From contig JBDRRP010000004.1 of assembly GCA_043825735.1 (NCBI GenBank), positions 1 to 64,000 on the forward strand: a stretch of DNA of 64,000 bases. The letters are read 5' to 3'. The position numbers and the translations under genes are program-made. Numbering within the stretch: the stretch's first letter is position 1; every line of letters starts with the position of its first letter. Of this stretch, positions 1-9,293 are shown one piece after another. The DNA is from Pseudomonadota bacterium. Its GTDB lineage: Bacteria > Desulfobacterota > Desulfobacteria > Desulfobacterales > JBDRRP01. The notes below the pieces were generated by a model, which was not told the origin of the DNA, searched no databases, and saw nothing but the letters and a program-made list of their open reading frames with translations.

Positions 1-3000
1 ACCGCCGTTGCGCCCGCGTAACTGTTGGCCCCCGACAGCGTCAGCGTCCCGCTGCCCGCCTTGGTCAGCCCGCCCGCCTCGCTGATCACACCGCTGAACG
101 TCGTGCTCGTATTGTCGCCGCCTGCCGTCAGCGTTCCGCCAACCGCACCAAACGTAATGGCCCCGGCACCGGCGATCGAGCCCACCGTCTCGCTATTGTC
201 ATTGAGATCAAACGTCGCGCCGCCGGCAACCGTTACCGCGCTGCCATTGGTGATCACGTCAGCGGCTCCAAGCTGCAGGGTCCCCGCATTAACCGCCGTC
301 GCTCCGCTCCAGTTGTTGCCCGCCCCAGAAAGCACCAGGGTTCCCGCATCCACCTTGGTCAGCGGGCCCGTGCCCGTTACCTGACCGCTCAAGGTCAGCG
401 TGCCTGCGCCGCCAATACTGTTGGTCGAGGCCAGCGTCACCACGCCGCCGTATGCCGCCGTTCCCGTACCCGTCAGTGTGCCATTCAGTGTCAGCGCCTC
501 GGCACCCACCGTCACACCGTTAATATCCAGCGTCGCCCCAGAGGACACGCTCGTGCCCGCCGCCGTCGTACCGAGACCGGCTGCATTGGACACCGTCAGC
601 GTACCCGCGCTCACCGTCGTCAAACCCGTATACGTGTTCGCTCCCGAAAGGGTTGCCGCCCCTGTCGTCGTTTTGTTCAGCGCAACGCCTCCGGCCAATA
701 TGGCCGATACGCTGCCGGCCTGGACATCGAACGCCGACGCACTGGTCAGCGTACCGCCGCTGCCGGTGATGCTTCCGCCGGTGAGCGACACCGCCGCGAC
801 AGACTCACTGTTTCCGCCGATGGCCAGGCTCCCGCCATTAACGGCAACAGAGGAAGTCGCCGCCAGGGTATCGGCGGCGCCGAGGGTAACCGTTCCCGCG
901 GAGATAGTGGTGGTGCCGGTAAACGTATTGGCCTGGGACAGCGTGAGGTTGCCGCTGCCGTTCATGGTGAGGTTGCTGCCGGTGCCTGAAAAAACGCCGC
1001 TCTGGCCGATGGCACCGGCACCGCTGATGTCCAGCGTTCCGCCGTTGGTGCTGACGGCGCCGAGTGTCAGGGCGCCCAGCCCGTTGACATAGATGTCGTT
1101 GCCGGCGGTAGACGCGGTGGCGCTGACTCCGGTCTGGCCATCGACAAACTGGATCCGGTGGGTCGACGATCCGATGTCGCCAGCCGATGTCATGGAAATG
1201 GTACCGGCGCTGGAGAGCTCGGCATTGCTGTTGGTCGCACTCGCGGCGCCGATGCCGCCGGTACCGGCCGCCAGGGTGATGGTGCCGGCGCCGCCGGTGG
1301 CGAGCGCCGTAGCGCTGCCGCCGTCGTTCAGGATAATGCCGCCGCTGCCGTTGTCGGCGTTGACGATGATGTTGCCGTCGGTCACCGGGGCGGACACGGT
1401 TTCGATGGTAATATTGCCGCTCTGGGTGCTGCTTTGCCCGATGGTGAGAACGTCGTAGTTGGTCAACCGGACCAGTTCGCTGTCCGACACGCTGTACTGG
1501 GCCCCGGTGCCCCCGATGGCCATGGTCTGGGTACCTTGGGCGGTATACAGGAGGATGCCGCCGCCGGACCCGGTGGCCGTGATGGACGTGTTTCCGGTGG
1601 TATTGATGTTGAGGTCAATGCCTTGCAGCGTGATGGCGGCGCTTGTGGTGTTCGATGAGGTGATGGGCGCGTAGTCGCCGATGAGCAGGGTGCCAAGGCC
1701 GTCGGTATCGCCGAATCCTGCCGACAGCAGGAGCGTCCCGGTCCCGCCGGTGGTGTCAACCTTCGTGTTGTCGGCGCCGGTGCCGGTGGTGAGGTAAAGG
1801 TTGTCTCCGGCTTTAAGGAGCACGTTCCCGCCCGTTGAACGCACCTCGATGCCGGCGTTGACCGTGAGGTTGTCATCGAATGCGGCGGATTCCGCGGCCG
1901 TCAGATCGATGGTCCCGGCCTGGATCATGTCCACGGCGATGGTCAGTGGGCTGTTGGTCCGAATGGTGGTCGATCCGGACCCGCCGTTGGAAAACCCAGC
2001 GAGGGTGAGTCCGCCGGTATTGGTGATGTTGATATCGCCGGTCGTATTGGTAAGATTAAGGGTGCTCACTGCGGTGAGCAACGGATTGGCAGCGGAACCG
2101 ATACCGCTGGCAGCGCTCAGGGTGAGGGTACCGGCCGTGACTGTCTGATCGGTGGCATTGGTGAAGGCCCCTCCTGAAATCAGGCTCAGGGTGTTGCCGC
2201 CAACGTTGATTCCCAACAGATCGAGACTGCCTGTGGTGGTGAAATAGGCACTGCCGGTGCCGCCCGAAATGGACAGGGTGGTGGCCGCAATCGATATGGG
2301 GCTAACCGAAGTGCCAAGGCTTCCCGGATTGGTGAAAACGATGTCGGTCCCGGTGAGCGTGCCGGTTGTGGTAAAGCTGCCGGCCGTCACGGTGAAATTA
2401 GCGGCGCTCACATCCTGCAGCGATGCCACCGCGGCCGAACTGATAATGAGCGAATTCAGCGGCGTGGTGCCGCCCACATCGCCGTTGATGGTGACGTTGC
2501 CGGAGCCGGCAGACAAGGTGAGGTCATCGCTGGTTGTTGCCGCGGAGCCGTCCACCGTGCCGGTAATGAGAATGTTTCCGACGCCGGTATTGGTATTCAG
2601 CGCAGCCGTGTTGTCGACGATGACATTTCCGGTGAGGGTGATGTTTTCATTGTTGGTGGTGATCCCGGCGCTGAGGGTGGTGTTGCCGCTCAGGTCCACC
2701 GTACCGCCTGCGCCGGTGGTTTGCACGAGTCCGTCGATGTCGATGGTGTTCCCGGTGGTGCCGGCCGTAACATCGACCGCGCCGGTCGTCTTCGTAGCCA
2801 TCAGCGCCGCCGTGTTGGAAGCGACCGTGAGAGTCGTAACCGCCGTGGACCCGCCGATGATGCCCAGGCTGACGTCGCCGCCGCCGGCCGTGATGTTCAG
2901 CGCCTGGGCGCCGTTCACCGTGCCCAGTGTCACATCGTTGAGCGCGTTGGTGCCCGTCAGGGTGATGGTCCCGCCGCCGGCGGCCAGTTCCGTAGCTCCG

Positions 3001-6000
3001 GCGCTCACCCCGGCGCCGGCGGTGTTCACCGTCAGCGTGCCGGTGAGGGTGGTGGTGGTGACGCCCGTGTAATCCTGGGCCCCGGATGTCGTCACCGAAG
3101 ACAGCGCTGCCGTGGCGCCGGTGATGGTCAGGTCGGTCAGCGGGGTGCCGCCCACCGCGCCGAGAACGATGCCGCCGGCGTTCGTGGCGATGTTCAGCGA
3201 ATAGCCGCCGTCGATGGTTCCCAGCGTCAGCGTGCCGCCGTCGACGCCGATTTTGCTGGAACCCTCGAGAACGATGTCGCCGGTGATGCTGTTGTTGTTG
3301 CCCAGGTTGCGGATGGCGCCGCCGCTGCTGACGCCCGTGCCCTGCACGCCAAAATCTTCAGCGATGGAAAGACCGCTGCCGTCAATAGCCAGCGTCGCAC
3401 CGCTGGCCACCGTGGTGCCGGCGCCGGTGCCGCCCAGGCCGGCGTTGTCTGCAACCGCCAGAGTACCCGCACTAACCGTCGTCAGTCCCGTATAGGTGTT
3501 TGTGCCGCTCAGTGTCAGTGTGCCCGTACCCTGCTTTGTCAATGTACCGGAAGTGGTACCCAGCACCGAACTGATCGTCGTGTTACCCGCACCGATCACC
3601 GTCAACGCCTGTCCCGCGCCGGTGATGTTGCCCGTGGATATCGTCAGCGTACCCCCATTCGAGTCGATCTTGGTTGCACCCGTCAACGTGATGCCGCCGG
3701 TCAATGCGTTATTGCCGGAGATATTGCGAAGGGCTCCCGCGCTGAATACGCCAGATCCCTCGATCGTAATCGGTTCAGCTACCGTTAAACCGGAGGCTGA
3801 AATCGCCACCGTTGCGCCCGAAGACACAACTGTGTTTCCGGCGGTGGTTCCAAGCGATGCATTGTTCGTCAGATACAAACTACCGCTGTTGACATTCGTT
3901 ACCCCTTCGTAGTCGCTCGCCGACTGCATCCATAACTCTCCGGTCCCGCTTTTTACGAGCGATCCGCCGGCACCCGTGTTTAGGCCGGCCAATACCTGTG
4001 TTATGCCGCTCCCGGACACCGTCAGTTGGTTTCCTGTGCCGGTGATCTCTGATAGCCGTAATTGGCCCGCGTTGGAGTTGATTTGTGTAGCGCCGGTCAA
4101 CGTTATCCCACCGCTCAGGGTGTTGACGTTGGCAAGGTTCACAAGCGCTCCGCCACTGCTGATCCCGTCGCCTTGAAGGCTCAGCGCCTCAGCGATGCTA
4201 AGGTTGCTGCCGTCGATGGCGATTGCGCCGGCCGTCAGCGTCGTGCCTGTGCCCGTGGTACCCAGCGAGGTGGCGTTTTGCACTTTCACCACGCCGCCAC
4301 TGATGCTCGTCGCACCGGTGTAGTCGTTGGCAAACCCCAGCGTCAACGTCCCCGCATCGGACTTGGTCAAGCCACCGGCGCCGGTGATCTTGGCCGTCGT
4401 AAAGGAAGTATTGCCGGCGCCACCCACCGTCAGCAGATTGCCGGCATTGTCGGCACCGCCTGTCAGTGTCAACGTCTGCCCCGAGGTCGTCACTAAAATC
4501 GTGCCATCGTTGCCCAGCGTGATCGCGCGGTTCGTCGACGCAGTATTGCCCGTATACGACAGCGTGCCGGCGCCCGTGCCGCCAATGGTGATCCCGGGGG
4601 TCGTGGCGCCCGTGCCCAATGAACTTTGGGCGCCTATATTTGCCAGCGCTGCCACGCTCAGCTTGCCCGCATCGATAGCCACTGCCCCGCTGAACGTATT
4701 GGCCGTGTTGGTCAATCCCAGAGTCCCAGCCCCGTTCTTGGTGATGCCGTAGTTGCCGCCGCTCTCGCTGATCACACCGCTCAACGTCAACTGTGTGCCG
4801 TCCACACTGATGGTGGTGTTGCCGCCGAGAGTGACGGCCCCGGAGACAGTGCCGGTCCCCGTGGTCAGGGAAATGGTGTCGGCGCCGCCGCCGGTGATGC
4901 CGCCGGCGAGACTGACACCGGCAAGATTGAAGTTGTCGCCCCCGCCACCGCCGGTGAGGCTGTCGAATCCGGAGATGGCGATGTTGAAGATGTCCGCACT
5001 GGAGCCGCCGGAGGCATTCACCGTTCCCACACCGGTGACCACGCCGCCGGTGGTACCCAAGGTGCCGCCGGAAGATTGCCCGATCACCAGATCGAGGGTG
5101 CCGGATGCCGCGGTGAAAGTCCCGTTAGTGAGACTGATGTCTGCGGCGGCCGTGAGGGTGGCGGTAGATGAGGCACCCCAGGTGATCGCTGAACTGGGGG
5201 CGATGGTGATACCACCGGACTGCGTCTCAATGGACAAGTCTCCGGGCACGGTGATGCTTCCAAGAACCATGGCATCGCTTGAATCGGTTAGGTCCAGCGA
5301 GAGGCTACCCCCGAAATTGGACAGCGCGTAGGTTTGGGTCCCGGTCGTACTCGGATCTACCGCGATGGAGAGTGAAGCCAGGGTGGGCGAATTGACCGCG
5401 TCAATTGCGAACGACCCATTGGTGGTAATCGAAAGGCCGGTAACACCGGCGGACAGGCCGCCATCCACGGTAATGCCGCCGCTGGCGGACTCGTCGATCA
5501 GGGTGATGGTCCCGGTAGCGCTCCAGCCGGACGCCCCGTCGGTAATGCCGTTGACGCTGTCGTTTTCGGTCAGTTGGATGCCTGTGGACTGGGTAACGAT
5601 CACATCCCCGAACACGTTGCCGGAGGTATTCAATACGACCGCGCCCCCAGAGGCACCGACCGTCAGAGGCGCAGTGCCCAGATTCCAGGCGGCCCCCTGG
5701 GTAATGTCGCCCACTTCGTTGATCTGGACGGCGGTGGGGGAACCGGTGATGGTGATGTCCCCCATAACGTTGTTGGCGCCGGTATGCAGCAGGATCTGGT
5801 TCGCCCCCGCATTGAGGGAAACCGTGCCGACGCCCGTGTTGACGTTACCCCCCTGGGAGATATCGCCGCTGGCGGTAATGGTGAGGCCGCCGCCGTTGGT
5901 GGTCACGTTGCCAGACAGCGTCACGGTGCTGTTGGAATTGATACCGATACCGCCGCCAGCCGTGGTCAACCCCCCAAGGGTGATTGGCGCAGTGATATCC

Positions 6001-7706
6001 CCATTTAGCGAGCTGTCTCCATACCCGCTAGAAATTCCCATCGCGCCCGAGCCCTGAAGAACGATATTTATGGCGCTCAGATCGATACCCGCGGAACCCG
6101 GGTCCGTGTTGTCACCATTGGCCGTTCGGTTGCGTGTGCGGAAAACAAGATTATTCCCACTGGCGATGGTGAGTGTGCCAACCGGATCGGGGCCATAATC
6201 GAAAGTTCCGGTTGTGTTTATTTGCGTGGAGGCCTCCAGTTCGATATTGGTGGCCAGATCCTCAAGTCCCTGTTCGGTGATCGTAGTCGTCAGGTCAGGG
6301 TTTTCATCGAATCCGATATTCGGAGTTCCCCCAAGATCATCATCAGTTCCTACCCCACCGCCCGTATTTGTAACGCCACCCTGAATGGTTAATACTGCAG
6401 GATCCAGCAAAAGCGTACCGGTCTGTCCGGCTGCAGCCGTTGTATCGACGGTACCCCGGAACGCCAGGTTTTCTTTTCCAGAGACTTCGACAAAACCACC
6501 ATCACCATCGACTGATCCGCCCCGTGCACTGATGTCACCATTGTATTGGGTCACCTCATCTGCCCAGACGATAACCTCACCACCATCACCTTCATCGACA
6601 GCATCGGCTTCGATGGTGGCATCTTTTCCCACGTAGGTAATCTTGCCGTTCTTGATGGCCGGGTTCTTTCCCTGAAAGCCGCCGCCGATGAACACCTTCC
6701 CGCCGCCGCTGCTGCCCGATGCCTTGATCTGGGAATAGTGGACCAGGCCCACCTTCTCGCCGGTGACTTCCACGGTGCCGCCGGTCTCGCCGGCATCATC
6801 GCCCGAGACATCGAGCGTGCCCGAGTTGTAGACGATGCCTTGATCATTACCCTGCAGGCGGATGACGCCGTTCTTGTCCTCGATGGTTTTTGCTTCGATG
6901 ACGCCCTGGTTGTTTACCACGGATTTTACCGCATCGAAGGCGGTGCGACCGCTCAGCACGACCTGGCCGCCGTCGGCGCTGATGGTGCCGGTGTTCAGGA
7001 TGCTGTTTTCAAGCGGCTGGCCGTCGGGGCCGATCACCTGGCCCATTACTTCCTTGTCAACGGCAAAGCTGATGCCGTCGCTGCCGGCAAAGCTCAAGGT
7101 CATCTGCTCGCCGGCGCCAAGGTTCACCGAGCCCAGGGTGGCGGTGATGGTGCCGGTATTCTCGATTCCCGGAGCGAGAAGAGAAACGCTGCCGCCCGCG
7201 GCGGCGGTGATGGTGCCCTGGTTGACGATGGCAGAAAGCGTTTCGTTGAGGCTCTGGGTGAACTGGTAGTTGCCGGAGAGAAAGTCATCGTTGGCGATAT
7301 CCAGCGTAGAAGCTAAGAAGTTAAAAACGTTGACGGTGCCGGTGGCACCCACCAGCACGCCGTTGGGGTTGATGACCCACACGCCGCCGTTGGCCGAAAG
7401 CTGGCCGTAGATGAGCGAGGGATCGCCCCCCACCACGCGGTTGAGGGAGATGGCATTGGCCCCGGGCTGGATGAACTGCACGTGTTCGGGCTGGGCGATG
7501 GAAAACTGCTGCCAGTTGATGATGGCCTTGTCGGTAGCCTGGTGGATCTGCATGTTCACGGCGTCAGGGCGCACCACTCCCACCTGGCCGGCCACCACCT
7601 GCTCGCCCTGGGGCAGTGCGAACAGATGCACCGGGAATATGAGCGTGTAAGCCATCAGAGCAATCACGAATGATCCAAATCTGGATTTCAATCGCCGGCG
7701 TCGCAT
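1..7706 (-). CDS. Giant filamentous haemagglutinin-family TpsA exoprotein/adhesin with autotransporter-associated beta-strand repeats (3' end outside the window, >2,560 aa)
   Basis: Absent from the ORF track because it has no stop in the window. ATG at 7706 follows a GGAGG SD. It translates as MRRRRLKSRFGSFVIALMAYTLIFPVHLFA-LPQGEQVVAG...IINWQQFSI...LNRVVGGDPSLIYGQLSANGGVWVINPNGVLVG (signal peptide plus TPS domain with NPNG). The same frame at bases 3-75 reads GGLTKAGSGTLTLSGANSYAGATA (PATR repeat). I did not check every intermediate codon. Confidence 0.93.
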   Translation of the reverse strand, partial: MRRRRLKSRFGSFVIALMAYTLIFPVHLFALPQGEQVVAGQVGVVRPDAVNMQIHQATDKAIINWQQFSIAQPEHVQFIQPGANAISLNRVVGGDPSLIYGQLSANGGVWVINPNGVLVGATGTVNVFNFLASTLDIANDDFLSGNYQFTQSLNETLSAIVNQGTITAAAGGSVSLLAPGIENTGTITATLGSVNLGAGEQMTLSFAGSDGISFAVDKEVMGQVIGPDGQPLENSILNTGTISADGGQVVLSGRTAFDAVKSVVNNQGVIEAKTIEDKNGVIRLQGNDQGIVYNSGTLDVSGDDAGETGGTVEVTGEKVGLVHYSQIKASGSSGGGKVFIGGGFQGKNPAIKNGKITYVGKDATIEADAVDEGDGGEVIVWADEVTQYNGDISARGGSVDGDGGFVEVSGKENLAFRGTVDTTAAAGQTGTLLLDPAVLTIQGGVTNTGGGVGTDDDLGGTPNIGFDENPDLTTTITEQGLEDLATNIELEASTQINTTGTFDYGPDPVGTLTIASGNNLVFRTRNRTANGDNTDPGSAGIDLSAINIVLQGSGAMGISSGYGDSSLNGDITAPITLGGLTTAGGGIGINSNSTVTLSGNVTTNGGGLTITASGDISQGGNVNTGVGTVSLNAGANQILLHTGANNVMGDITITGSPTAVQINEVGDITQGAAWNLGTAPLTVGASGGAVVLNTSGNVFGDVIVTQSTGIQLTENDSVNGITDGASGWSATGTITLIDESASGGITVDGGLSAGVTGLSITTNGSFAIDAVNSPTLASLSIAVDPSTTGTQTYALSNFGGSLSLDLTDSSDAMVLGSITVPGDLSIETQSGGITIAPSSAITWGASSTATLTAAADISLTNGTFTAASGTLDLVIGQSSGGTLGTTGGVVTGVGTVNASGGSSADIFNIAISGFDSLTGGGGGDNFNLAGVSLAGGITGGGADTISLTTGTGTVSGAVTLGGNTTISVDGTQLTLSGVISESGGNYGITKNGAGTLGLTNTANTFSGAVAIDAGKLSVAALANIGAQSSLGTGATTPGITIGGTGAGTLSYTGNTASTNRAITLGNDGTILVTTSGQTLTLTGGADNAGNLLTVGGAGNTSFTTAKITGAGGLTKSDAGTLTLGFANDYTGATSISGGVVKVQNATSLGTTGTGTTLTAGAIAIDGSNLSIAEALSLQGDGISSGGALVNLANVNTLSGGITLTGATQINSNAGQLRLSEITGTGNQLTVSGSGITQVLAGLNTGAGGSLVKSGTGELWMQSASDYEGVTNVNSGSLYLTNNASLGTTAGNTVVSSGATVAISASGLTVAEPITIEGSGVFSAGALRNISGNNALTGGITLTGATKIDSNGGTLTISTGNITGAGQALTVIGAGNTTISSVLGTTSGTLTKQGTGTLTLSGTNTYTGLTTVSAGTLAVADNAGLGGTGAGTTVASGATLAIDGSGLSIAEDFGVQGTGVSSGGAIRNLGNNNSITGDIVLEGSSKIGVDGGTLTLGTIDGGYSLNIATNAGGIVLGAVGGTPLTDLTITGATAALSSVTTSGAQDYTGVTTTTLTGTLTVNTAGAGVSAGATELAAGGGTITLTGTNALNDVTLGTVNGAQALNITAGGGDVSLGIIGGSTAVTTLTVASNTAALMATKTTGAVDVTAGTTGNTIDIDGLVQTTGAGGTVDLSGNTTLSAGITTNNENITLTGNVIVDNTAALNTNTGVGNILITGTVDGSAATTSDDLTLSAGSGNVTINGDVGGTTPLNSLIISSAAVASLQDVSAANFTVTAGSFTTTGTLTGTDIVFTNPGSLGTSVSPISIAATTLSISGGTGSAYFTTTGSLDLLGINVGGNTLSLISGGAFTNATDQTVTAGTLTLSAASGIGSAANPLLTAVSTLNLTNTTGDINITNTGGLTLAGFSNGGSGSTTIRTNSPLTIAVDMIQAGTIDLTAAESAAFDDNLTVNAGIEVRSTGGNVLLKAGDNLYLTTGTGADNTKVDTTGGTGTLLLSAGFGDTDGLGTLLIGDYAPITSSNTTSAAITLQGIDLNINTTGNTSITATGSGGGILLYTAQGTQTMAIGGTGAQYSVSDSELVRLTNYDVLTIGQSSTQSGNITIETVSAPVTDGNIIVNADNGSGGIILNDGGSATALATGGAGTITLAAGTGGIGAASATNSNAELSSAGTISMTSAGDIGSSTHRIQFVDGQTGVSATASTAGNDIYVNGLGALTLGAVSTNGGTLDISGAGAIGQSGVFSGTGSNLTMNGSGNLTLSQANTFTGTTTISAGTVTLGAADTLAATSSVAVNGGSLAIGGNSESVAAVSLTGGSITGSGGTLTSASAFDVQAGSVSAILAGGVALNKTTTGAATLSGANTYTGLTTVSAGTLTVSNAAGLGTTAAGTSVSSGATLDINGVTVGAEALTLNGTLTGTGTAAYGGVVTLASTNSIGGAGTLTLSGQVTGTGPLTKVDAGTLVLSGAGNNWSGATAVNAGTLQLGAADVITNGSAVTVAGGATFDLNDNSETVGSIAGAGAITFGAVGGTLTAGGDNTSTTFSGVISEAGGLTKAGSGTLTLSGANSYAGATA

Positions 7707-7770
7707 TTATGTCCTCCACGAAGGGCCCAAAGTATTGTGACGGATCGCCCGTTCCGCCACGCAGGTGAGC

Positions 7771-8136
7771 CTATTCTGCGGTGTAGTGCTGGATAAAGTA
7801 TTCCACCCGCTCTGCCTGACTGCGTGTCAGGTCCTTGAACCGGAGCCCGAAATGACGGGTGGCGATGGCGCTCGGCGAAACGAAGCCCACTTCGGTTTCG
7901 TGCACGAGCTCACAGGGAACCTCAGAAAGATAGTACCCGTTGCCGTGGACAAACAGATCCAAGGCCATACTTCGCCGATCGTCCAGCGAGCTGGGCATGC
8001 CCATGAACTGAAACCGCAGGCCGCCGCCGCTGATGTCGATGACTTTGCCGAAATGACTGAAATCCGGCCGGATGGCAACGAAGGTAAGGCTTGCCGGAGT
8101 GCGTCGGGGATGCTGCCGCTGATCTTTCTCGGACAT
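7771..8136 (-). CDS. PilZ domain protein (putative c-di-GMP receptor)
   Basis: QRQHPR (RxxxR) and DISGGG (D/NxSxxG) motifs, C-terminal GLRF; GGGAGG SD upstream. Confidence 0.85.
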   Translation of the reverse strand: MSEKDQRQHPRRTPASLTFVAIRPDFSHFGKVIDISGGGLRFQFMGMPSSLDDRRSMALDLFVHGNGYYLSEVPCELVHETEVGFVSPSAIATRHFGLRFKDLTRSQAERVEYFIQHYTAE

Positions 8137-8271
8137 AGTGCCTCCCGCAAAAATGCGCTGGTATCATCCGGAAAACCGGATCCAGCTATATAATTAGGAG
8201 TGTCTGGTAACCCGTATCCTTTATTTCAGTGTTATCGTCACAACTCAAGGAGGATTTTTGTGAGTAGACAA

Positions 8272-8290
8272 TGGGTAATCGGCATACCCA
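8272..8290. promoter_or_regulatory. Candidate operator palindrome TGGGTA-N7-TACCCA upstream of pilZ-tpsA
   Basis: Perfect 6-bp inverted repeat; the same half-sites recur at 11403-11419. Confidence 0.4.
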
Positions 8291-8303
8291 CAACCGGGGA
8301 AAA

Positions 8304-9272
8304 TCAGGCCTTACGCCCGAGCCATGCCCGCAGATTGAAGCCTGAATTCTGGAGGTCGAGTTTGCGTCGGATGTTCTTTCGGTGGGTTTTCACGGTATTT
8401 GTTGAAATGTATAGGTTTTTAGCGATGTCCTCGGTTGACATCCCGTTTCGGATCATGGCGGCGATGCGCGATTCCGTAGCGGACAGCCGCGCGGCCATTT
8501 TGAGATCCTCGGTGTGCCCGGGGAATAGGTTCATCACATAACTTTTCAGAAGCTCCAGGTCGGAATGGTGTTTTTCCATGCCGCTGCCAGCAAGTATCCG
8601 CTCCACAATGGGAAGAATCAAGGTGCGGGTGCGGTGAAGAATCTGCTTTTCCGACTCCTTGCGGGCACGCTCAAGGTTACGGGCCAGCACGGAAAGGGCG
8701 TCGTTGGTCTCCAATAGCTGGTTGTTCATCCGTTCCAGTTGTCGCTGCTGATTGAGCAGCGTCTCGCGGCTTTCTTCCAGGGCCAGGTTCTTTTCAGCCA
8801 GGGCCGCATTGCTGCGTTGAAGCATGCGCTCTGAATGCCACTTGGCGCTGAGGGCCGAGGCGAACTGCTGTATTTCAAAGGCGTGAAAGGGTTTTTGCAG
8901 ATAAAGCAATTTGTCCGCCGGGGCGATACGCCGGGCAATGGTTTCCGGGGCGGTTTCCGTCATACCGGTCACCACCACGATATTTACCAGGGGATCCATC
9001 TCCCGGATGCGGGCCCCCACGTCGATGCCGCTTTCCGCCCGGCCGAGGCCCAGATCGAGAAACACCACGGCAAATGGTGTATCCAATTGCCGGGAACGCT
9101 CAAGTGCTGTAAAGGCCTCTTTTCCGCTGCGACAGCAGGTGAGCGCCACCGTCAGAGGGAATCCCGCGGCCTTGATGGCTTCCTCCCCGCACAGGGCGTG
9201 GTCATAGAGTCGAAGGATCAAATCCTCGTCATCGAGGGCCAGTATGCGAACGCTGTCTGGCGATGCCATCAC
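8304..9272 (-). CDS. Response regulator: receiver domain, coiled coil and LuxR/NarL-type HTH
   Basis: ILALDDE...VVFLD...VVTG...YLQKPF receiver motifs; C-terminal LSATESRIAAMIRNGMSTEDIAKNLYISTNTVKTHRKNIRRKL. Confidence 0.9.
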   Translation of the reverse strand: MMASPDSVRILALDDEDLILRLYDHALCGEEAIKAAGFPLTVALTCCRSGKEAFTALERSRQLDTPFAVVFLDLGLGRAESGIDVGARIREMDPLVNIVVVTGMTETAPETIARRIAPADKLLYLQKPFHAFEIQQFASALSAKWHSERMLQRSNAALAEKNLALEESRETLLNQQRQLERMNNQLLETNDALSVLARNLERARKESEKQILHRTRTLILPIVERILAGSGMEKHHSDLELLKSYVMNLFPGHTEDLKMAARLSATESRIAAMIRNGMSTEDIAKNLYISTNTVKTHRKNIRRKLDLQNSGFNLRAWLGRKA

Positions 9273-9293
9273 ACGCTTTCTCCCGGTCTCGGG

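Noticed and set aside
1..4800. Diversity-generating retroelement TR/VR pair among the TpsA repeats
   Set aside because: The repeats are diverged protein-level repeats without adenine-specific differences, and no reverse transcriptase is present.
25..7650. Many Pro/Val-rich plus-strand ORFs
   Set aside because: Antisense shadows of the Gly/Thr/Asn-rich TpsA on the minus strand.
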